Origin: a virus
Lineage: Duplodnaviria; Caudoviricetes
Length of the DNA: 46,825 bases
Virus record (IMG/VR): IMGVR_UViG_3300033480_000004
Coordinates: 1-46,825 of that record
Strand: one strand, 5' to 3'
The notes under the pieces were generated by a model. It saw nothing but the letters and a program-made list of their open reading frames with translations. It had not been told where the DNA came from and did not search any database. The position numbers and the translations under genes are program-made. Shown piece by piece: positions 15,672 to 24,923 of the stretch. Numbering within the stretch: the stretch's first letter is position 1; every line of letters starts with the position of its first letter.

Positions 15672-15795
15672 GGCGCAATAGGTCAGGCGGTCAACCGTCA
15701 ATAAACACGGTCAAAGTTCTCCTACCCTAAGGTTGCTGATTGCCAAACAATCCCCGTATAAATGCCATGTATCCAGTACCGCCTGACTGCGCGCC
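15672..15795 (+). ncRNA. Candidate ncRNA with long closing stem
   Basis: GGCGC..GTCAGGCGGT pairs with ACCGCCTGAC..GCGCC (perfect 10 bp plus 5 bp). Confidence 0.45.
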
Positions 15796-15824
15796 TTGCA
15801 AAATAATCACCCATCGAGTATATT
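15796..15824 (+). promoter_or_regulatory. Putative late promoter
   Basis: TTGCAA-17nt-TATATT upstream of the packaging operon. Confidence 0.65.
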
Positions 15825-15894
15825 GATAGAAGCGGCGCAATCTCGTGCCGTTATTCTGATAGCTATTGGCGGACATTACTATCCCAAACTCAGG

Positions 15895-15920
15895 ACGCCT
15901 GATGGTTAATCGGGCGTTTT
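15895..15920 (+). terminator. Leader terminator/attenuator before the late operon
   Basis: ACGCCTGAT-ggtta-ATCGGGCGT-TTT. Confidence 0.5.
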
Positions 15921-15943
15921 GGGTTATGATACGAAAGCGATAA

Positions 15944-16486
15944 ATGACTACGATTTTGGGTTGTGTTGAAAACGGTAAGGTCTACATCGGAGCAGATAGC
16001 CAATTTACCAGTGGATGGATGTATTTTGTTTCCGGCGAAAAGAAAGTATTCCGAGTGCAGGACGTGTTATTCGCCTGTTCCGGCACATTACGGGATTTGC
16101 AGAGTATTCGCTATCTAACCCAATTTCCTAACCAATCGCCCGACGAAACAGATGATATTCGTTATTTGGTCACGGTTGTGGCGGATGCGATCCGGGTTAG
16201 TTTACGAGACCAGAACCGGATTAAAAAAGAAAACGAATTGGAGGACGCGGAATCAGATTTCCTGGTGGGTTATCGCAACCGATTATACCGGCTGCATGGC
16301 GATGGCGCTTTTGCCGTATGTCCAACTCCTGTTGCTTGTTTGGGCACGGGCGGCGAATTGGCGTTAGGCGCATTTCTGGCGCGCCCGGAATTACCCCCTA
16401 CCGAACGCATTTTGCAGGCTCTTGTAATTGCCGGTTGTTTGGATATCGCCACGCGCCCGCCTTATTATGTGGAAGTGTTGGAATGA
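15944..16486 (+). CDS. Ntn-hydrolase, HslV/proteasome-beta-like threonine protease
   Basis: M-TTILG N-terminus; IGADSQ; KKVF lysine; ACSG; LGTGGELALG. Confidence 0.85.
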   Translation: MTTILGCVENGKVYIGADSQFTSGWMYFVSGEKKVFRVQDVLFACSGTLRDLQSIRYLTQFPNQSPDETDDIRYLVTVVADAIRVSLRDQNRIKKENELEDAESDFLVGYRNRLYRLHGDGAFAVCPTPVACLGTGGELALGAFLARPELPPTERILQALVIAGCLDIATRPPYYVEVLE

Positions 16487-17019
16487 CCAACGACCTACAC
16501 ATTGCGCCGGAGGCTAATGAGGGCGAACCAAAAAAGCTAACGCGCAGGCAGAAACAATTCATTGTTGAATATCTGAAAGACTTAAACGGCACACAAGCAG
16601 CCATTCGCGCCGGTTATTCTGCTAATGGAGCAGGCGTGGCCGCTAACCGGCTGTTAAAAGATGTTTACATATCCGGTCAGATCGAAACCATATTAACCGA
16701 TAGGGGATTGACGCCCGGCGGGGTAATCAGCCGCTTGACCGAAATGGCACAAGTTACGGTAGATGATTTTTTCGATTTTCCGGGCGGGCTGCCACTTTTT
16801 AATGCGGATAAGGCGCGGGAACGTGGCGTGTTGCATTTAATCGAAAGTATTGAATACGACCCACAAAAAGGCGTTAAGATTAAATTCGCCGATAAACAAC
16901 ATGCGCTAGAATTGGTAGGTCGGTATCATGGCATGTTTAAGGACAAACACGAAGTGACCGGCGCGGAAGGCGCGCCCATTACCATCGGCGTTGTGAAAAT
17001 GGATTTGGATGAATTGTAA
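16483..17019 (+). CDS. terS: Terminase small subunit (start reassigned to MTNDL)
   Basis: LTRRQKQFIVEYLKDLNGTQAAIRAGYS; DKQHALELVGRYHGMF; ATGA overlap. Confidence 0.92.
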   Translation: MTNDLHIAPEANEGEPKKLTRRQKQFIVEYLKDLNGTQAAIRAGYSANGAGVAANRLLKDVYISGQIETILTDRGLTPGGVISRLTEMAQVTVDDFFDFPGGLPLFNADKARERGVLHLIESIEYDPQKGVKIKFADKQHALELVGRYHGMFKDKHEVTGAEGAPITIGVVKMDLDEL

Positions 17020-18371
17020 TGCAGCCGGTGATTATCCAGGCATCGAAGGAAAGCAAAATCGGTTTTGAGTGTTATGGCGGGGCGCGGGAACTATGGCGCT
17101 CCCATGACCCGGAAGTCATCTTAGTTGGTGGTTATGAAACCGGCAAAACCTACCCGGCGCTGATGAAACTTCACTTGCTTCTCTCGAAGTACAAAAACGC
17201 TCAGGCGCTGATGGTACGCAAGACTTACCAATCATTGGTCAATAGCGCGGTTGTGACCTACGAGCGTAAGGTGCTGCCCTACCCTATCGGGGATACTCGC
17301 TGCGCCGTGCGCCGGTATGGTGGCGAATATCCGGCGATGTATATCTACCCAAATGGCTCGCAACTCCGTTTAGGCGGGATGGACAAACCGGATAAATTTC
17401 TATCCTCGGAGTTTGATTTTATTTATGTAAATCAGGTGGAAGAACTACGCCTTGACGACTGGGAAAAGTTGACCGGACGTTGTACCGGGCGCGCTGGCAA
17501 TACCCCTTACGCGCAAATCTTTGGCGATTGTAATCCGGCTTACCCGCAACATTGGATACTCAAGCGCCCGCAGATTAAATTGATTACTACGCGGCATGAG
17601 GACAACCCAACGCTTTATGACCCAACTACCGGCGAAATTACGGAACGGGGCAAGCTCACCTTATCGCGCCTGGACGCGCTTACCGGCGTGCGTTACAAAC
17701 GGGGTCGGTTAGGGTTATGGTCAAGCGTGGAAGGCATGGTTTATGAGGATTGGCAACCGGATATTCATGTGATAGACCGTTTTGATATTCCCTGGGCATG
17801 GCGGCGGTATCGCTGTATTGATTTTGGCTATCGTAACCCGTTTGTGTGCGGCTGGTGGGCGGAAGACGAAGACGGGCGGTTGTATCTGTACCGTGAGATT
17901 TACATGACGGGGAGGACGGTACTCGACCACGCGCAACAGATTAAGGCGCTCTCCGGTTGGGAACAATTCGAAGCGAACATCAGTGACCATGACGCCAGTG
18001 ATCGGGCGACGTTGGAAGAAAACGGGATTACTACCATTGCCGCCATCAAAGATGTGAAGTTGGGCATTGAGCGAGTGCAGGAACGGTTGCGAGTACAGGG
18101 TGATGGCAAGCCGCGTTTATTCCTGTTGCGGGATAGTTTGGTGGAAACCGATTACAGCCTCAAGGAACGGTTTGTCCCTACCTGTACCGAAGAAGAATTT
18201 CCGGCGTATGTTTATCCGCAACATGGCGAAACAAAAGCCGATGACGAAAAGCCGGTCAAACTTTACGATCACGGGATGGATATGACGCGATATATGGTGG
18301 CGCATTTGGATATTGGTGGCGGGAACGAATTGTCCGTCACCCGTAGTCCACTGGAAGATTATCGGGGTTAG
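17019..18371 (+). CDS. terL: Terminase large subunit
   Basis: GGYETGKT Walker A; GDCNPAYPQHW; IDFGYRNPF and DHGMDMTRY nuclease motifs. Confidence 0.92.
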   Translation: MQPVIIQASKESKIGFECYGGARELWRSHDPEVILVGGYETGKTYPALMKLHLLLSKYKNAQALMVRKTYQSLVNSAVVTYERKVLPYPIGDTRCAVRRYGGEYPAMYIYPNGSQLRLGGMDKPDKFLSSEFDFIYVNQVEELRLDDWEKLTGRCTGRAGNTPYAQIFGDCNPAYPQHWILKRPQIKLITTRHEDNPTLYDPTTGEITERGKLTLSRLDALTGVRYKRGRLGLWSSVEGMVYEDWQPDIHVIDRFDIPWAWRRYRCIDFGYRNPFVCGWWAEDEDGRLYLYREIYMTGRTVLDHAQQIKALSGWEQFEANISDHDASDRATLEENGITTIAAIKDVKLGIERVQERLRVQGDGKPRLFLLRDSLVETDYSLKERFVPTCTEEEFPAYVYPQHGETKADDEKPVKLYDHGMDMTRYMVAHLDIGGGNELSVTRSPLEDYRG

Positions 18372-18379
18372 GTGAATGA

Positions 18380-20038
18380 ATGACCTCATTATGGAGTCGT
18401 ATGCAAGCAGCCTTTAGAGCGTTTCGTGACCCCTACGTAGTCACCAATTTATTGAACAACGATGATTTTGCCGATTGGAATGGCCGGTTGCTTCGGTACG
18501 CCATCTGTTGGTCGTTTTACGAGAACACGGCCTACCGGAATATTCACAATTGGGCTGTCCGGTACAAGGTGGATTATAGTCTCTATCGGTATATTCGCAA
18601 CATCTATAACCCGGCGGGGCGGTTAGGGGATTTCTGGCAGACGCATCTTATGGGCGGGTTGTTGGACTGGGACGCCGGTGACGGGACGGTGAAACCATCG
18701 GCGCTGCCGATTATCACAGAGAATGAATTGTTACGCCCGGCGATTGCTCAGGTCTGGGAATGGTCTAACTGGCAAGCGAAAAAAGATTTGTATACTCTCT
18801 ACGGCCCCACGATGGGAGATGTGGCGCTAAAAGTAGTGGACAATCCGCAAAAAGAAAAAGTATACATCGAGGTATTGCATCCGCGTGTTTTGAAAGAAGT
18901 TTATAAGGATTCGTTTGGGCATGTAAAATCGTATGTCATCGAAGAACAGCGTGACGACCCACGCCCGACGGCAGGGGATAGGGACGTAACCTATACCGAA
19001 ATCGCTTATCGGGAAGGCGACGATGTTATCTATCAGACGTTGCTTAATGGCGCGCCGTTTGCCTGGAATGACATAGCGGCGGAATGGAAAGAACCGTATG
19101 GATTTATCCCATTAGTTCACGTGCCGCACATTGACGTAGGGGATACTTCCGGCGGTTGGGGCTGGGCGGAAATGCACAAAATGCGCTCCAAAATCCATGA
19201 GGCCGACGACCTTGCCAGTAAATTGCATGACCAAATCCGCAAGACAGTGGATGCCATGTGGTTGTTTGCCGGTGTTACTAAACCTAAGACTGACCCTACT
19301 CAAAGCACCGCTACCAGTTCTACGGATAGACCCGATCCAGGTCGTGAGGAAATCCCGGCGTTGTATTCTCCTGATGCTAATGCAAAAGCGCAACCACTGG
19401 TCGCCGATTTGCCAATAGCCGAAACGGGCGCGGAAATCAAAAATGTATTGAGTGAGTTAGAACGCGAATACCCGGAATTGCAGTTGGATATTTACGCCAA
19501 TTCCGGCGATAATTCTGGCCGCGCTATGTTGGTCGCCCGCCAGAAAAGCGAAACGAAAGTAGAAATGCGACGTGGCGGGTATGACCGGGGATTGCAAGAC
19601 GCCCACCAAATGGCCGTTGCGATTGCCGGTTTTCGGGGGTACTTGCCGGAAGTGTTTGGGCGATTTAATCTCGATAGTTATGAGCGTGGCGACTTAGATC
19701 ATACCATCGGAAAACGACCAGTATTTGCCGTAGACGAGCGAATGCAATTGGAAGAAAACAAACTCTTTTGGGAAGCGGCGGCCATTGCAATAGAAAAAAC
19801 CGGCATACCGCTTGAATCTTATCTTGAGGCGCAAGGATGGAGCGAGGAAAAGATACGCCTGATTACCCGCCGCCAGCAACGCGCTGCTATCGCCGAAGTG
19901 CGCCGGACAGCGCGGCGGACACCAGTAACTCCTATTGCGCCTGCGCCAGCAACCGAAGGCGAAACGGGGACGGCTACTGAAAACGTAACCGCGCAAGAAA
20001 CCGAAACGCCAATGATCGAAAGCCAAGAGAATGAGTAA
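18380..20038 (+). CDS. Portal protein
   Basis: Size and position after terL; PYGFIPLVHVP motif as in SPP1-like portals. Confidence 0.8.
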   Translation: MTSLWSRMQAAFRAFRDPYVVTNLLNNDDFADWNGRLLRYAICWSFYENTAYRNIHNWAVRYKVDYSLYRYIRNIYNPAGRLGDFWQTHLMGGLLDWDAGDGTVKPSALPIITENELLRPAIAQVWEWSNWQAKKDLYTLYGPTMGDVALKVVDNPQKEKVYIEVLHPRVLKEVYKDSFGHVKSYVIEEQRDDPRPTAGDRDVTYTEIAYREGDDVIYQTLLNGAPFAWNDIAAEWKEPYGFIPLVHVPHIDVGDTSGGWGWAEMHKMRSKIHEADDLASKLHDQIRKTVDAMWLFAGVTKPKTDPTQSTATSSTDRPDPGREEIPALYSPDANAKAQPLVADLPIAETGAEIKNVLSELEREYPELQLDIYANSGDNSGRAMLVARQKSETKVEMRRGGYDRGLQDAHQMAVAIAGFRGYLPEVFGRFNLDSYERGDLDHTIGKRPVFAVDERMQLEENKLFWEAAAIAIEKTGIPLESYLEAQGWSEEKIRLITRRQQRAAIAEVRRTARRTPVTPIAPAPATEGETGTATENVTAQETETPMIESQENE

Positions 20039-20183
20039 CGATATCTTGCCTGATTTTGGAGAGCCGTTGCCGGAAGATGAATTACTGGCAATCGCCGAAA
20101 TAGATACATTGGACATTGACGAAGCGCTCGAATGGTGGGATGAATATGCCAGCGATGATTTTGTAGGCGCGCTTGATGAGTAA
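20031..20183 (+). CDS. Small acidic protein, 50 aa (not in ORF track)
   Basis: MSNDILPDFGEPLPEDELLAIAEIDTLDIDEALEWWDEYASDDFVGALDE; overlaps both neighbours by 8 nt. Confidence 0.7.
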   Translation: MSNDILPDFGEPLPEDELLAIAEIDTLDIDEALEWWDEYASDDFVGALDE

Positions 20184-20817
20184 CGACCTACTTACCGGGA
20201 ATGTCAATTGGGATGAAGTAGCGGCACGTTGGCGCTATGCGGACACGGGTAGATTTGTTTCCGAGAATGTTGTCCGCGCTGAATTGGAGCGGCACGTCCA
20301 GGGGGTCATTGAAACTACGCAGAACCTTACTCGCCAGATGTACGCCGGGCAATTGAACCTTAGCCAATGGGAAACTGCCGTTGCGCAAGAATTAAAGAGC
20401 GCGCATTTAGCGCAAAGCATGTTTGCTAATGGTGGCGTGGCGAATATGACCAGCGTGGAGTATGGCCGGGTAGGCGGCACGTTGCGCGACGAATACCGTT
20501 ATTTACATCAATTCGCTTTAGATGTTCAGGCGGGTAAGGTAAGTGAATTGCAAGCGATTAACCGAGTAGCGCAATACGGCAATGATAGCGCGCAGTCTTA
20601 TTGGAAAGAATATGCGCGGCAACAGGAGAACGCGGCCTGGAATAACTTACCTCGGCTTACTCGCGTACCGCAAGATGGGTCTACCCAATGTCACGGAAAT
20701 TGTAAGTGTTATCTATCTACGCAAGATGACGGCATTTACTGGTATACAACCGCCCTAGAATCTTGCGGAGATTGTATCGAAATGCGGAACGGAAATCCTT
20801 ATCGCCCGATGGTCTAG
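20176..20817 (+). CDS. Minor head (MuF-like) protein
   Basis: Position after the portal; C-terminal PQDGSTQCHGNCKCYL and CGDC. Confidence 0.55.
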   Translation: MSNDLLTGNVNWDEVAARWRYADTGRFVSENVVRAELERHVQGVIETTQNLTRQMYAGQLNLSQWETAVAQELKSAHLAQSMFANGGVANMTSVEYGRVGGTLRDEYRYLHQFALDVQAGKVSELQAINRVAQYGNDSAQSYWKEYARQQENAAWNNLPRLTRVPQDGSTQCHGNCKCYLSTQDDGIYWYTTALESCGDCIEMRNGNPYRPMV

Positions 20818-20826
20818 GAGGATATT

Positions 20827-21150
20827 ATGCCTTTTGTTCGCACACCCTGGTCAAACCCGGAAAGTGATTTAGAAGCTGGCGATTTCTGTTCGTGTTGTTT
20901 AGTGGATACCAACGAAGCCGGGGAAGAAAAAGTGAAAGCGAATTGTAAACTACCCGTACGCTCTACCCCCGGCGGCGCGTACAACATCAATGGGATGCAA
21001 GCGGCGTATGGCGCATTACGTGGCGCTCGTGGTGGTATCTCGGATTTATCGCCGGAAGATCGGCGCAGGGCGGCGCGCAAGTTATTACGATTGTATACGG
21101 AAGCGGGGTTGGCAGTGCCTGACCCGCTACGACAAATGGCCGGAGGCTAA
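20827..21150 (+). CDS. Head-region hypothetical protein
   Basis: GGAGG RBS; CKLPVR..AAYGALRGARGG. Confidence 0.75.
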   Translation: MPFVRTPWSNPESDLEAGDFCSCCLVDTNEAGEEKVKANCKLPVRSTPGGAYNINGMQAAYGALRGARGGISDLSPEDRRRAARKLLRLYTEAGLAVPDPLRQMAGG

Positions 21151-21151
21151 T

Positions 21152-21493
21152 ATGCTTATCCCAAATGGCGTCCATAATTTCGAGAAGTGCGGTATTGGTA
21201 ATAAGCGGTGTTCTATGTGGGTTATTACCACGCCAGAAAAGGCGCAATCTGAAGTGAAAAGGCTGGCGAAGTGGGCGAAGCATCACCGTTATGAAGCGGC
21301 CTTTGTTTTTTGCGCGCAAGATGGAAATGATTTACAGAATAAAAACCCATTCTTGCGAGCGCGTTGGGCAAAGAACGCCGATATCCGCAACCGCAATGGG
21401 ATTTGGGGAGCAGAAGTTAAGTGGTATGACACAAATACGGAATATGTAATTGAGCCAAATTATAATGTGATTAGGCAAATGACCGGACAGTAA
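21152..21493 (+). CDS. Hypothetical protein (start reassigned to MLIPNG)
   Basis: GGAGG RBS just before ATG 21152. Confidence 0.6.
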   Translation: MLIPNGVHNFEKCGIGNKRCSMWVITTPEKAQSEVKRLAKWAKHHRYEAAFVFCAQDGNDLQNKNPFLRARWAKNADIRNRNGIWGAEVKWYDTNTEYVIEPNYNVIRQMTGQ

Positions 21494-21560
21494 CGGCCAG
21501 TTTATTTCTAGGTCGATTTTAGCCTAACGCGACACACGCGGATACTATGTGGAGATAACT

Positions 21561-22184
21561 ATGAGTGATGACACAAAGCAACAAAACTCCGATGAGACGG
21601 CGAAGGCCGGAGCGGTAGTCGATGAAAGCAAAGACGAAAGTCCACTACTTTCCATGACGCAAGCGCAATTTAATAAACTCATGGGGGAACGGGCAGCGCG
21701 GGCGAAAAGAGTAGGCACAGAAGAAATTCTGACTGCCGTTGGCGTGACGGACGAAAAAGAACTGCGCGCCATAATCGAACAGTACCGCAAAGCCAAAGCA
21801 GCCGAACAATCCGAAACGGAAAAGCTGGCCGCCAAACTTGCCGAAGAACAAAGTAAGGCGACGGCAATTCAGGCGGATTATGACGGGCTGCTTATCAAAA
21901 ACGCGCTACTTCAGGCGGCGGCTGACCCAAAGTACAATCTTAACAACTCGGCACGAGAAGCCTTGTTAAAACTCATCGACTATAATACGGTCTCAATTGA
22001 GGATGGGACGGTTAAAGGTATCCCGGAAGCAATCGAGGCCGCGATCAAAGCCTATCCGATACTGCAAAGTAAGGAACGGGCAGGCGATGGGTTAGGCACT
22101 CCGCCGGTGAAACGAGATGTACCGGCAAAGCTCACGTCGCCTGAAGAACGCAAACAACCGAAACGATTTATAGCGCCATTATAG
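21561..22184 (+). CDS. Capsid scaffolding protein
   Basis: TQAQFNKLMGERAARAK; AEQSETEKL coiled coil; precedes capsid genes. Confidence 0.8.
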   Translation: MSDDTKQQNSDETAKAGAVVDESKDESPLLSMTQAQFNKLMGERAARAKRVGTEEILTAVGVTDEKELRAIIEQYRKAKAAEQSETEKLAAKLAEEQSKATAIQADYDGLLIKNALLQAAADPKYNLNNSAREALLKLIDYNTVSIEDGTVKGIPEAIEAAIKAYPILQSKERAGDGLGTPPVKRDVPAKLTSPEERKQPKRFIAPL

Positions 22185-22196
22185 GAGGTCTATCTA

Positions 22197-22622
22197 ATGG
22201 CAAACGAGATTGTGATTACCGCCGCGCAAATTGGCGCGGTGTACCCGCAGCGAGCCGAAATCTACGATTTTATCGCGGCGGAAACCATTACCAAAGGGCA
22301 GGCGGTTTGTTTTAACGCCACCTATGGAACGGTAGAAGTAGCCGATGCGAACTTAGCCGGAAATCAGCAATTCCGAGGGATTGCTTTAGAGGGCGGCGGA
22401 ACAGCACAGGTGATTCCGGTTCTGGTGCGCGGCCATTGTTATGGGTTTACCTTGTCGGGCATGAGTTACGATGACATTGCCTATCTATCAGACACGGTAG
22501 GGGCATTGTCTACAGCGGTGGGCACAATGACGGTCAACTGTGGCCGCGTGGTTGCATTGCCGGACAAGGACAAAACCAAAGTCTTGTTTATCGACGCCGA
22601 TTATCTGCGCGCCTGGGCATAA
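22197..22622 (+). CDS. Capsid decoration/cement protein
   Basis: AAETITKGQAV..GIAL..YLSDTVGALSTAVG; lies between scaffold and capsid. Confidence 0.65.
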   Translation: MANEIVITAAQIGAVYPQRAEIYDFIAAETITKGQAVCFNATYGTVEVADANLAGNQQFRGIALEGGGTAQVIPVLVRGHCYGFTLSGMSYDDIAYLSDTVGALSTAVGTMTVNCGRVVALPDKDKTKVLFIDADYLRAWA

Positions 22623-22636
22623 GGAGATAACAACTC

Positions 22637-23719
22637 ATGAGCGGTATCTTTGGAATTTTGGGATTAGACGATACTGACCGTAGTTTCATCTCTACGTTGG
22701 GTCAGGCGGTGGTTTTTGATGCTACTCAAAAACTGTTGGCAGATTATAACGCGGAATTGGCGTGGCAGTTGCGCGCCTTTGTCGAAATGGAAACTGAGAA
22801 CTACACCGAACGGTACAAACTACCCGGCGGCGGGTATTTGCAACGGCGTTCGGGAACGGCGCAATCGGCGGCGGTGAAAGCCTATGGGTCGTGGGATTGC
22901 TCCTATCCACTAGAGCCGTTTGGCGCTCAAGTGGCCGGGGATACTCGCACGTTAGCCTATATGACTATTGACGAATACAACCGCCACTTGCAAACCGTGA
23001 TGATTCAGGACGCCAATACCCTGCGGTTTGAAATTTTGCGGCGTCTGTTAGACAACGTAGCCGACACGTTTGTTGATCCAATCTGGGGCAGTCTGACCAT
23101 TCAACCGTTGGCGAATGGTGATGCAGTAATCTATCCACCGGTTATTGGTAGCACGACTGAGGCAATCGAAGATCATTATCTCGAATCGGGATATGCTTCG
23201 ACTTCCATTACGGACACCAATAATCCGTATGTCACTATCCGCGATGACTTGGAACATCACTTCGGCAAAGTCACCGGCGGGCAGAACATTGTGTGTTATA
23301 TCAATAGCGCGCAACGTGCCCTAACCGAAGACTTGACCGATTTCTACGATATTCCCGATGCTTATGTGCGCCCCGGTCAGGACACCGACGTGCCGTATGG
23401 CTATCCCGATGTTCCGCCGACGGCGCAAGTGTATGGCCGTTGCTCTGGCGTGTGGGTCGTGGGTTGGAACTGGATTCCGGCCAACTATATCATCGGTATC
23501 CATGCCGACGCGCCGAAACCTTTGAAACTACGGATTGACCCGGCCTATACCGGATTGCCTCGTGGTTTGTCATTGGTATCCACTGACTCGACCTATCCGA
23601 TTACTCAATCTCACTGGGAGCATAACTTTGGGGTTGGTTGTGGCAATCGCCTGAACGGTGTCATCATGGAATTGGGTGTCGGTGGCACGTATTCAATCCC
23701 GTCCGGCTATAGCGTGTAA
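22637..23719 (+). CDS. Major capsid protein
   Basis: Size, position and strong AAGGAG RBS; C-terminal FGVGCGNR. Confidence 0.75.
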   Translation: MSGIFGILGLDDTDRSFISTLGQAVVFDATQKLLADYNAELAWQLRAFVEMETENYTERYKLPGGGYLQRRSGTAQSAAVKAYGSWDCSYPLEPFGAQVAGDTRTLAYMTIDEYNRHLQTVMIQDANTLRFEILRRLLDNVADTFVDPIWGSLTIQPLANGDAVIYPPVIGSTTEAIEDHYLESGYASTSITDTNNPYVTIRDDLEHHFGKVTGGQNIVCYINSAQRALTEDLTDFYDIPDAYVRPGQDTDVPYGYPDVPPTAQVYGRCSGVWVVGWNWIPANYIIGIHADAPKPLKLRIDPAYTGLPRGLSLVSTDSTYPITQSHWEHNFGVGCGNRLNGVIMELGVGGTYSIPSGYSV

Positions 23720-23728
23720 GGAAATCCC

Positions 23729-23917
23729 ATGAAAACAGGTAGGGCTAACGTTAGACTGATGCAGGCGGTTGAAGCTATGCAAATTGAATTGGCAAAAATG
23801 TCAGGTCAATTAGCGGAAATGAACCAACGCCTGCAAAAACTGGAAAAGCTAAACAAGGCGTCGGCTCTACCTGCCGACGGGGAAGGAAAGGACAAACAAT
23901 ATGCCAAGTCGAACTAG
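23729..23917 (+). CDS. Small coiled-coil protein
   Basis: AAGG RBS, heptad pattern. Confidence 0.65.
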   Translation: MKTGRANVRLMQAVEAMQIELAKMSGQLAEMNQRLQKLEKLNKASALPADGEGKDKQYAKSN

Positions 23918-24734
23918 ACGGCGGTTTGGGTCAATCCAAACCAAAAAGCTAGAAATCACCGGGGCGGGAATGGTACTCGATAGCAACGCCGCCGGTACTC
24001 GCGCCACTTTCGCGCCGGTTCGTGATACTGGCGAAGCCTATGGGTATGGCATCAAAATTGACGGAGGTTCATTCTTCCGGGGCGGGGCAGCGCAGAAATC
24101 GTATCTCCTGTACATAAGCGGAGACCGCGAGGCTGCGTATGATCCAACCGGTGATAGCAACGATGCTTATATCCGCGTTTCCGGGAACAACTACGCCCAG
24201 GGGGATGCCAATTTTGTCCTTCGGGGAATCAACATCGGGATTAACCAGCGTTCCGGCGGCACACTAGGGGTATTAGAGGCCGGATCGTTTGGAGCGCAAA
24301 ACAAATCGGGCGGGACTGCGCCAACTATTCGTGGTCTAACCGTGACGCCGGAAAACTACGGCACTTGCGCCACTGAGTTTGGTGGTATTGATATCGGTCT
24401 GAAAAACGAAGGCGCGGTAGCTACTACTCAGTATGGCCTGCGTATTCGTAACCTCGATAACTCTACTGCCAACGCCGTGACCTCGGCCATTTCCGTTACT
24501 GATACCGGGACAAATACCGGGTTTAATTACATCCTGGATTGTTACGGCGCTACCATCTCTACGGCGGCGATTCGGTTTGGGAAGACGCTCACTGAGGACA
24601 TTGTGATCGTAACTGGGGACTTCACCGACGGGGCGGATAGTGGTTTTGCGCCGGGGTCGCTTGGATTGGACACCACTAACGGGCTATTGTTTGTTAGCGA
24701 TACTAACGGCGTATGGCAGGCGGTGACGGTCTAA
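23901..24734 (+). CDS. Virion structural protein, beta-rich
   Basis: Gly/Thr/Asn-rich; within the morphogenesis operon. Confidence 0.6.
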   Translation: MPSRTRRRFGSIQTKKLEITGAGMVLDSNAAGTRATFAPVRDTGEAYGYGIKIDGGSFFRGGAAQKSYLLYISGDREAAYDPTGDSNDAYIRVSGNNYAQGDANFVLRGINIGINQRSGGTLGVLEAGSFGAQNKSGGTAPTIRGLTVTPENYGTCATEFGGIDIGLKNEGAVATTQYGLRIRNLDNSTANAVTSAISVTDTGTNTGFNYILDCYGATISTAAIRFGKTLTEDIVIVTGDFTDGADSGFAPGSLGLDTTNGLLFVSDTNGVWQAVTV

Positions 24735-24922
24735 TGATTACCAACGATTACTTGCAACGGTTACGAGTGGACTTGTTGAAACAACTACGGGAACACGAAA
24801 ACAATGTCGCTTCGGCATTAGGAGCGTTGCAAGTAGTTGACCATCTCATGCAAAAGTTGGGCAACGGGGCGGCAGACGAACCCGCCCCTACCCCGGAAGT
24901 GAAAGCGGGAAAGGAAACCTGA
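24734..24922 (+). CDS. Small helical protein (possible chaperone)
   Basis: TAATG coupling. Confidence 0.6.
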   Translation: MITNDYLQRLRVDLLKQLREHENNVASALGALQVVDHLMQKLGNGAADEPAPTPEVKAGKET

Positions 24923-24923
24923 C

